Source: Spirochaetaceae bacterium
GTDB taxonomy: Bacteria; Spirochaetota; Spirochaetia; B11-G9
DNA length: 64,000 nt
Direction: 5' to 3'
Assembly (NCBI GenBank): GCA_015493635.1
Contig: WGCU01000041.1
Location: 18,212 to 82,211, forward strand
A program made the position numbers and the translations under genes. The notes below the pieces were generated by a model. The model worked only from the letters and a program-made list of their open reading frames with translations, was not told the origin of the DNA and searched no databases. Shown piece after piece: positions 56,766 to 64,000 of this stretch. Positions within the stretch are counted from its first letter, which is position 1, and each line of letters begins with the position of its first letter.

Positions 56766-57686
56766 TTAAAGATCTATTTCCATCCCTTCACGGGCTGCGT
56801 CGACTTCCATTGATGTTTTTCCTTTTATACGCGCTTTGTATGTCTTAACAAGTTCAGAAAGCTGTGAGTCTGTACGCAGCGGGTCATGATGAAAAAAAAG
56901 CAGTTTCTTTACCCGTGCTTTATGCGCGGAATTAAGAGCAAACTCAAAGTTTGTATGCCCCCACCCCTTTCTTGAAGATTCATACTCCTCTTTAGTGTAC
57001 TGACTGTCATAGACAAGAAGGTCGGCTCCTTTAAAAAACTGCAGAAGTTTTTCATTTTCCTCTCTGGCAACCTCTTCCCCCTCAATAGCAGCCACTTCAT
57101 CGTATCCGGGATCAGAAGGATCTGTTGGGAAGAGATTCAGAAACGGTTCTGTATCATAGGCAGTACAGAAAGATTTGGCCCGGTACTCGAAACGGTATCC
57201 CAGGCAGAGGATAGGATGATTAAGATATTTCGTTGTTACAAAAAGACCGTCACCAAGGTCCAGCGTGCGTTCCTTGAGAGGGTGATAGTTAATGGAAGCG
57301 GATAGTTCACTTTGTTTAACCGGAAAATATCGGTAACGCAGCTGATCACCTATTATACGGTCCAGTCCCTCATCTTCATACGTAACAGGTCCGTAGACAT
57401 TTATTTCAGTACCGGGAATGTAGATGGGAGTAAAAAAGGGAAAACCCATGATATGGTCCCAGTGGGTATGTGTAATAAAAATATCTATCTTTAAGGGGCC
57501 TTTTGCCAGATCATTTTTCATAATACTGTCGCCGAGTGCCCGTATCCCGGAACCGGCATCAATAATAATAATTCTATTACTGTTTTCTATTCTCAGTTCT
57601 AAACAGGCGGTATTTCCCCCATACTCCACGGTATCAGGTCCTGGACAGGGGATTGATCCCCGTACTCCCCAGAATTTAATTTTCAT
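56766..57686 (-). CDS. MBL-fold metallo-hydrolase, possible cyclic-nucleotide/phosphodiester hydrolase
   Basis: Canonical HTHWDH motif and an N-terminal KFWGVRGSIP block. Confidence 0.6.
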   Translation of the reverse strand: MKIKFWGVRGSIPCPGPDTVEYGGNTACLELRIENSNRIIIIDAGSGIRALGDSIMKNDLAKGPLKIDIFITHTHWDHIMGFPFFTPIYIPGTEINVYGPVTYEDEGLDRIIGDQLRYRYFPVKQSELSASINYHPLKERTLDLGDGLFVTTKYLNHPILCLGYRFEYRAKSFCTAYDTEPFLNLFPTDPSDPGYDEVAAIEGEEVAREENEKLLQFFKGADLLVYDSQYTKEEYESSRKGWGHTNFEFALNSAHKARVKKLLFFHHDPLRTDSQLSELVKTYKARIKGKTSMEVDAAREGMEIDL

Positions 57687-57694
57687 ATTGCCCT

Positions 57695-58564
57695 CTATTT
57701 GGAAAGTTTAAGGAATATTCGTGCTTTTTCAATTTCCTCATTTACAGTATCCTCAATATCATCGAACCAGTCCATATCTATTGAGAGGCTGTTCAGTATT
57801 ATTTCAGACAATTTTTCAGGATACCGGTCTCCTGAAAACCCGATTTCAAAATAGTTGGAAAAGAAATTTGCGGCTGAAACTGCAAAAACAATATTTTTGT
57901 TTTCTCCTTCATAACTTTCAACAGAATGATGATAAATAATCGCGTCTTTTATTTCATCTCCAAGTTTCCATGCGTGGGCAACCAACTGTCCGGCTTCTGT
58001 ATGGTTAATACCGATAGCTGCTGTTTCTCCTTTATATAGAGGCTGCTGATCCCGGTCAGAAAAGCTCATGGCAGTGATATATTCCTGGGCAAACTGGTTG
58101 TTAAGCGGGATTTTCCCGATATCATGCAGAAGACCAGCAATAAAGTAGCTTTCAAGAGATTTCGTATCAATGTGCATATGCCGGGCAATAAGCTTTGCGG
58201 TAACACCGACACAGAGAGAATGCCTCCAGAATCCCTCCATATTTATTGCCTGAAAGTTTTTTTTACTGCTCAGATTGCCGAGAATAGCAGTTGAAAGAGA
58301 AAGGTTTTTTACGGTATTCAATCCAAGCATAATAATTGCTCTCACGAGAGAAGTTACCTGCTGAGAAAGTCCATAATATGCGGAATTAATCAGTTTCATA
58401 ACGTTTCCCATAAGTACAGGGTCTATACTGATAACTTTATTTAAATCAGCAGGGGAGGTATTAGGATCGTTACATATTTCCACTACTTTTGTTACAGAAG
58501 TAGGGAGGCTGGGCATCTTGTGTATGTACGCTGCAATTTGTTTAAGGTGTTTTTCCTTGTTCAT
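57695..58564 (-). CDS. HDOD-domain signalling protein
   Basis: HDOD hallmarks (LPTSVTKVVEI...LVRAIIMLG...LLHDIGK). Confidence 0.7.
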   Translation of the reverse strand: MNKEKHLKQIAAYIHKMPSLPTSVTKVVEICNDPNTSPADLNKVISIDPVLMGNVMKLINSAYYGLSQQVTSLVRAIIMLGLNTVKNLSLSTAILGNLSSKKNFQAINMEGFWRHSLCVGVTAKLIARHMHIDTKSLESYFIAGLLHDIGKIPLNNQFAQEYITAMSFSDRDQQPLYKGETAAIGINHTEAGQLVAHAWKLGDEIKDAIIYHHSVESYEGENKNIVFAVSAANFFSNYFEIGFSGDRYPEKLSEIILNSLSIDMDWFDDIEDTVNEEIEKARIFLKLSK

Positions 58565-60983
58565 GAATGTCCTTCATTTTTAATAAAATATGATCAATCT
58601 TCTGCTTGATCGTACTGCTTACTGTTTTATCCGGAAGAAAATTGGTTAAAGTATTCATAAACTCAAATGTTGATTCAACTTTATCCCTTGAAATTACTTC
58701 CTTTTTTTCCTTCCCCTTTACTGTATCACCTTTTCCGTATTTTTTCTCAATTATTTGTACCAGCCCCGGTTTCCCGCTCATCTTTGCCTTAAGACTTTCA
58801 ATCTTTAATTTCATTTCACTTTCATTAAAGGCTTTCTGCTTTTCATCCGGGAGATACCGGGTCAAATTTTCCAGATATCCAAGGAGTTCTGCTGGATCTG
58901 CTGAAATTTCCTGGAATTCATCATGTTTTCTTCTGTCCCGCTCCTCCTTACGAGCCGGAGAAGTTGTTTTTTTCGGAGGGGGTTGATTATAATGTACAAT
59001 AATCTGAGGAGCAGTGGAAGAGCCTCCCGAACCTCCCTCAGATGTTTGAACAGGCTGCGTTACAATAACCTGCGGGACGGGAACGACCTGAACCTGCGGA
59101 TAATATGGATAAGAAGGAACCTGCGGTGAACCAGAGGGATTGGAAGGGTAGTTCTGTCCGGGATAAGAAGGTTCTCCACTTTTAGATTTTTCCTGGATCA
59201 GTGCTGCTTTGATGTGCTCTATATCCTCTTCCTCATCGGGAAGATCAAGAATTTCCTCCATCTCTTCCAGATTGAGTATCTCACGGTCTTCCTCATTAAC
59301 TTCGATAATTGGCTCTATTCCGCCGAAATCAAGGATGGGAACCACTTCATGATCAAGGTCTGGAAATGCATCCATAAAAAGGCTTTCTTCTTCCTGTTGT
59401 TCTTTATTGAGGCTGATCCGCTCTATTTCATCAAGGTAAAGAGAAATATTTCTGTTGAGAATAGTATCATAGTCTTTCCTGAAATCATTGATGATTTCCT
59501 CATAAACAGAGAGAGAGCGTTCCATCTGCTTCATACTTTCCGGATTTTCCTCCTGCTCCTGCAGGACAACAAGTTCTTCAGCTTCCCGGAGAGCATCCTC
59601 TTTTTTACCGGCCTTTTTATAAAGAAAAACCAGCTGGTTAAGGATACGTTCTCTTTCGGGACTCTCTCCCTTCAGTTCCTGATAGAGATTCAGAGCTCTG
59701 TCAAAGTTTCCTGTCTGCAGATATGTTTCAGCCAGAAGCATCTTTGTTTGATAGAAATCAGGATTTCGTGTAAAAATATATTCCAGATCCGGCAGTGACT
59801 CTTTGTAATTTCCTCCATCATGGAAAAGAAGAGCACGCTGATACCGGGCTTCAAGATTTGAAGGTGAAATTTCAAGGGCTTTATTAAACCGCGAAAGTGC
59901 TCTTTTTTTCCTTCCTGTTTTCAGATTCAGGATACCAAGGAGAGTATTACCTTCACTGTTTCCCGGATCTCTCCTCAGGGCACTTCGGATAGTATCGGAT
60001 GCCTCTGCGAATCGATCTTTTTGGAGGAGAAGTTTTCCCAGGAGGAGACGTACTCCTGTTGTTGCCTCCCCTTGTGTTACAATTGATTTCAGGAGATCGA
60101 TTGCTTCTGTTTCGGAGCCGCTTTGTTCCTGAAGTTTTCCGAGGTTCAGTACAGCATCTACATAATTCGGATCCAGTTTTACTGCTTTTTGTAAATATCC
60201 TGAAGCCTCTTTAAAACGTTTTAATTTAGTCAAAACAAAACCAAGATTATTAAGAGTTTGAATTGTATCAGGGTTTACCCGATATGCGTTCATAAAAGTA
60301 TGAAGCGCATCCTCCTCCCTTCCGCATGCCAGAAGTGCAGCTCCAAGATTATTGAGACCGTCAATCCACCCGGGTCTGCTTTTAACTGCCATTCGGAACT
60401 CTTGAACAGCTTTTTCATTTTCTCCTTTTGAGAGAAGAGTAACTCCAAGATTATAGTGAAGTTTCGGATGATTCTGGTCCCTTTCCAGCCCTTTTTTATA
60501 GAAGGAAACAGCACGGTCACTATCTCCTGAAGCCTCGTACATTGTTCCAAGGTTATTATACGCGAGAGGCATATCCGGCTGGAGGGCAATAGCTTTTTTA
60601 TAGAATTTTTCAGCTGCATCAAGGGAACCGGAATCTTTGTATAAATTTGCAATGTTGTAGCATATTTCGGCTTTGTCCGGATCCTTATTATATGCCTGTT
60701 TTAGTGTTTTCAATGCTCCTTTCAAATCACCGCTTTTTTTATAAACGATTGCCAGATTATTAAGGGTATCGGGATTACCCGGTTCAATACGATTTGACTG
60801 ACGGAATGCATCAATAGCTTTGATATATTCCCTCTTCCTGGTATAGATAGTTCCCAGAAGATGAAAAACTGCAGGATTGTCTTTCTGCTCATCCTTCAGT
60901 TGTAGAGCATACTCTTCCGCAAGGGAGAGGTCATTCATGGAAAGAGCCTGGTAAATTGCTGTAAGCAGCATTGGTTCAGCCAT
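58542..60983 (-). CDS. TPR-repeat protein (813 aa) with an acidic/Pro-rich central linker
   Basis: At least 10 tandem TPR units (AxxNLGxxY-like) in the N-terminal 450 aa, followed by a PSYPGQNYP...PQVQVVPVPQV low-complexity region. Confidence 0.6.
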   Translation of the reverse strand: MAEPMLLTAIYQALSMNDLSLAEEYALQLKDEQKDNPAVFHLLGTIYTRKREYIKAIDAFRQSNRIEPGNPDTLNNLAIVYKKSGDLKGALKTLKQAYNKDPDKAEICYNIANLYKDSGSLDAAEKFYKKAIALQPDMPLAYNNLGTMYEASGDSDRAVSFYKKGLERDQNHPKLHYNLGVTLLSKGENEKAVQEFRMAVKSRPGWIDGLNNLGAALLACGREEDALHTFMNAYRVNPDTIQTLNNLGFVLTKLKRFKEASGYLQKAVKLDPNYVDAVLNLGKLQEQSGSETEAIDLLKSIVTQGEATTGVRLLLGKLLLQKDRFAEASDTIRSALRRDPGNSEGNTLLGILNLKTGRKKRALSRFNKALEISPSNLEARYQRALLFHDGGNYKESLPDLEYIFTRNPDFYQTKMLLAETYLQTGNFDRALNLYQELKGESPERERILNQLVFLYKKAGKKEDALREAEELVVLQEQEENPESMKQMERSLSVYEEIINDFRKDYDTILNRNISLYLDEIERISLNKEQQEEESLFMDAFPDLDHEVVPILDFGGIEPIIEVNEEDREILNLEEMEEILDLPDEEEDIEHIKAALIQEKSKSGEPSYPGQNYPSNPSGSPQVPSYPYYPQVQVVPVPQVIVTQPVQTSEGGSGGSSTAPQIIVHYNQPPPKKTTSPARKEERDRRKHDEFQEISADPAELLGYLENLTRYLPDEKQKAFNESEMKLKIESLKAKMSGKPGLVQIIEKKYGKGDTVKGKEKKEVISRDKVESTFEFMNTLTNFLPDKTVSSTIKQKIDHILLKMKDIHEQGKTP

Positions 60984-62461
60984 TAATTAATCCCCGGGCG
61001 TATGCTGATCTCTTTAGAAAAAGCCCCGGGAAAAGATGCCCCCGCTTTATCAAATGCCGCAACAGCAAAATAGTATAATGTACCGTTGGTTAATCCATGA
61101 AGTGTATAACTGCCGCCGGAAACCGGTATCGGGGAGGCACCTTCCTGTGCGTCATCGTTGAAATAAACGCCGCTTTTTGTTCCGTAATAGATCAGGTATC
61201 CCTGAATGTCAGCTTCCCCGATGTTTTTCCAGTACAGGGTAACACTGCCGTTACCCGGAACAGCTTTAAGTGAAAGGGGGGCAAGGGGAGGGAGGTTTTT
61301 ATCGTATACAGCCTGGATGGAATGAATTTCAGGAGAGAGCGTTCCGGTTCCGTTGGCATACATTTTAAGACGGATCTCGAAGAATCTTCCGGTATTCATC
61401 TTCGTGATAAAGGTACCGGGAATGAATGGCATCCACGGGGGAGGTGATTCGAGTGTCTGCTTAAAATTGGTATATACTCTGTAGTAACTACGTACCGCAG
61501 TGTTATCGGGGATATCGGCATCAACATGTATCTTTTCCAGTTCTGAACCGCCTCTCCCCATATCAAAGAGTGTTGTTGTAAAAGATCCTGAATCATTTTG
61601 AAACTCTGAAAGGACAGGATTTTTAACTATTTTTTTCTCAATTCTTAATTCATCCATAAAACCGGTAAAGTTTTTTCCGAGATGGAACCTCCCCTGAATA
61701 ATGGTACCGATAACAGGAACAAGCGGAGCATTGTCATCAGTACCGGAAGCAGTCGCATAGGTTATCCCTTCCAGTTTATTATCCATATAGTATTCCAGCA
61801 GACCGTTTGAGCTGTGAAATACAAGCATGTGATGATGCCATTCATCGGGAATAATAGAATCCTGTCCCTCAAGAGTAACAGAAGAAGTAAATTTTACCGG
61901 ATCGAAGAAGAAATTTTTAAAGCTCCATTTTAATTTTCTTCCTTCTATGTAGCAGGTAACTTCCTGAGGAACAATTTGATCTTTTCTATTCTTTCTGCTG
62001 CTCCTGAATGAAATTATTTCTTCATTGTCAGCCGCGTAGGCAGGATTGAGCCAGAATTCCATGCTGAAAGAATCTCCTGTGTTTCCTGGTGCAAAATAAG
62101 AATCCTTTTTCGGGATAAGCTGAATACCCTGTCCGTCATTGGTAAAAATACCCGAACCCCTTCCCATGGCAGTAAAACGGCGGGAAATGCGGATTGTCCC
62201 AGGATCTGTTCCGTACCGGTCGGTAGCATCATTTATACCGGAATCAAAATGTATAAGGAGGTCGGTATCTTTGTCTACACGGTAACGCGATCCCTGAAGT
62301 ACCATATCAGGATATGCCTTTTTACCTGGATGGGGGGTAACTCCTTCCATTGCTGACACATCTTTCCATCCGGACTGTCCTCCTATATTGACAATCTGCT
62401 GCATTCCCTGGAGCCGCATTGCTGTAGTGCATATGTAGAATATAAGAATAATTTTTTTCAT
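60983..62461 (-). CDS. Secreted LamG/concanavalin-like plus fibronectin-III-domain protein
   Basis: N-terminal signal peptide. The C-terminal roughly 90 aa match an FN3 pattern (GSVTLYWKN...YYFAVAAFD). Confidence 0.5.
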   Translation of the reverse strand: MKKIILIFYICTTAMRLQGMQQIVNIGGQSGWKDVSAMEGVTPHPGKKAYPDMVLQGSRYRVDKDTDLLIHFDSGINDATDRYGTDPGTIRISRRFTAMGRGSGIFTNDGQGIQLIPKKDSYFAPGNTGDSFSMEFWLNPAYAADNEEIISFRSSRKNRKDQIVPQEVTCYIEGRKLKWSFKNFFFDPVKFTSSVTLEGQDSIIPDEWHHHMLVFHSSNGLLEYYMDNKLEGITYATASGTDDNAPLVPVIGTIIQGRFHLGKNFTGFMDELRIEKKIVKNPVLSEFQNDSGSFTTTLFDMGRGGSELEKIHVDADIPDNTAVRSYYRVYTNFKQTLESPPPWMPFIPGTFITKMNTGRFFEIRLKMYANGTGTLSPEIHSIQAVYDKNLPPLAPLSLKAVPGNGSVTLYWKNIGEADIQGYLIYYGTKSGVYFNDDAQEGASPIPVSGGSYTLHGLTNGTLYYFAVAAFDKAGASFPGAFSKEISIRPGIN

Positions 62462-62557
62462 AACTCTTTCCTTACTATCGACAGATTAGTTCTGAAAGAA
62501 AAGGGTTCCCTGCATATCTTGTAAAATCTATGGGTAAAAGTGTATTTTATAGAGGTT

Positions 62558-64000
62558 ATGGTTGAGGTTTTAAGAGAAATAGTTTGTGATTTTCCCCGTA
62601 AACCCGGTGTTTATCTTATGAGAGACAAAACCGGAGAAATTATCTATGTAGGGAAAGCAAAAAATCTTAAGAATCGTGTCCGTTCATATTTTACGGGAAT
62701 AAAAGATATTAAAACCCACATACTTGTCAAGCATATAGCGGATATTGAATATATTCTTACCGGTGATGAATATGAAGCGCTTCTTCTGGAAAATAACCTT
62801 ATCAAGAAATGGACTCCAAAATATAATATTGATTTAAAAGATGACAAATCATATCCGTCTATCTGTGTTACAAATGAAGATTTTCCCCGTGTCTTTAAGA
62901 CCAGAAATGTGAAAAATGACGGTTCTAAATACTATGGTCCTTTTACTTCTACGGCAAAACTTGAAATGTATCTTGATCTGATTAATAAACTGCTGCCTTT
63001 GAGGAAATGCAGAGGGAAATTAAAGAAAAGGGATTCTCCGTGTCTTTATTATCACATGGGGCGGTGCGGTGCACCATGCTGCGGACGGATTTCTAAAAAA
63101 GAGTATCACGGATATGTTATAAAAGCGGAAAAGCTGCTTAGCGGAAAGACAGTAAGTCTCCTGCGGGATTTGAAAAAAGAGATGAACACTGCATCCCGCA
63201 GTCTGAAATTTGAGAAAGCAGCGGAAATGAGAGATTTTATTCAGGCTGTTGATATGGTAGGCCGCCAAGCGGATAGAGTTGATTTTGATGAAGAATCACG
63301 TGATTATACGGCATGTTATATTCAGGGAACAATGTGTACCTTTTCTGTTATGCATTTTCTTACGGGTAAGTTGACAGGGAAAGCACTCTTTAGAACTAAT
63401 GTTTATGGTGATGAAGAAGATGCTTTTACTGAATTTTTTCTTCACCAGTATCATGAAGCTGAAACATGTCCCCGTACTGTTTATGTATCCGGTGCGTTCG
63501 ACATAAAATCTGTAGAGAAGTATCTGAATAAAATTTCAGGTGAGAAAGTATCTGTCATTTTCCCGGAAGAAGGTAAGCACAGAAAAATCCTCCAGATGGC
63601 CATGGAACATGCACGGCAGGATATTGAAAAAAGAACCCGCGGGTTTGAGAAAAAAGCCGGCTTGCGGGAGCTTAAAAAGGCGCTGGGCCTGTCCGGAATA
63701 CCGAAAAGAATTGAAGGATTTGATATTGCACAACTTTCAGGGAAATATCCCGTTTCTTCCCTTGTCTCTTTCTTAAATGGTATTCCTGACAAAAAGATGT
63801 ACCGCCGCTTTCACATAAAAACTCTCCATGGCCGGATAGATGATTACGAAGCCATACGGGAAGTTGTTGCCAGGCGGTATACCCGGGTAGTAAATGAAAA
63901 CCTTGATAAGCCGGATCTCATTGTTATAGACGGCGGTAAAGGGCAGGTTAATGCAGCCCGGAATATTCTTGATGCTCTTGGACTTCCCGGGATACCTGTT
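62558..64000 (+). CDS. uvrC: Excinuclease ABC subunit C, N-terminal part. The gene continues past the window end.
   Basis: GIY-YIG motif (GVYLMRDKTGEIIYVGKAKNLKNRVRSYF) and the UvrC Cys cluster (CLYYHMGRCGAPCCG). I translated the open frame by hand to base 64000 without meeting a stop. Confidence 0.85.
   Translation, partial: MVEVLREIVCDFPRKPGVYLMRDKTGEIIYVGKAKNLKNRVRSYFTGIKDIKTHILVKHIADIEYILTGDEYEALLLENNLIKKWTPKYNIDLKDDKSYPSICVTNEDFPRVFKTRNVKNDGSKYYGPFTSTAKLEMYLDLINKLLPLRKCRGKLKKRDSPCLYYHMGRCGAPCCGRISKKEYHGYVIKAEKLLSGKTVSLLRDLKKEMNTASRSLKFEKAAEMRDFIQAVDMVGRQADRVDFDEESRDYTACYIQGTMCTFSVMHFLTGKLTGKALFRTNVYGDEEDAFTEFFLHQYHEAETCPRTVYVSGAFDIKSVEKYLNKISGEKVSVIFPEEGKHRKILQMAMEHARQDIEKRTRGFEKKAGLRELKKALGLSGIPKRIEGFDIAQLSGKYPVSSLVSFLNGIPDKKMYRRFHIKTLHGRIDDYEAIREVVARRYTRVVNENLDKPDLIVIDGGKGQVNAARNILDALGLPGIPV

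Noticed and set aside
1-64000. CRISPR arrays, integrases, transposases, phage genes, rRNA and tRNA
   Set aside because: I scanned the intergenic regions and the ORF list. There are no regularly spaced direct repeats, no recombinase, RT or transposase-like ORFs, and no tRNA-like or rRNA-like segments. Coding density is high, and the non-coding gaps are each 270 bp or shorter.

Overview
The window is a 64 kb chromosomal segment at about 40% GC from what looks like a spirochaete-type diderm bacterium. It begins inside gyrA, carries parAB, and ends inside uvrC, so it probably lies near the replication origin. I can support about 55 protein-coding genes. I found no rRNA or tRNA genes, no CRISPR array, no integrase, transposase or phage genes, and no convincing mobile element. 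Housekeeping genes are gyrA, add, a NifU-like gene, parAB, oppABCDF, murA, an AddAB-type helicase-nuclease pair, gnd, rlmD-like and uvrC. Accessory and regulatory content includes a three-component sugar sensor (anchored binding-protein-like partner, YesM-type kinase, YesN-type regulator) followed by a CUT2 sugar ABC transporter. There is a hexuronate cluster (kdgK-like, UxaE-like?, uxaC, SDR) placed divergently to a LarA-like/gnd/deoR operon, a NapH-like polyferredoxin translationally coupled to a MarR regulator, two nitroreductases and two MBL-fold hydrolases. The modules most worth a second look are three. First, a PspA-centred operon combining an atypical sigma54-activator-like AAA+ protein (pseudo-receiver, GAFTDA instead of GAFTGA, no HTH), a STAS-domain protein with a C-terminal zinc ribbon, PspA, and an OmpR-type winged helix with a vestigial receiver. 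Second, a murA-linked operon with two paralogous, apparently degenerate nucleotide-cyclase palm-domain proteins (one behind a pseudo-receiver) and a calcium-loop lipoprotein. Third, a tight 9.5 kb six-gene operon on the minus strand: a secreted LamG/FN3 protein, a TPR/Pro-rich protein, an HDOD protein, an MBL hydrolase, an SPL-like radical SAM enzyme and an 824 aa degenerate-GGDEF protein. Every call below comes from reading motifs by eye in the six-frame translation; nothing was searched against a database.
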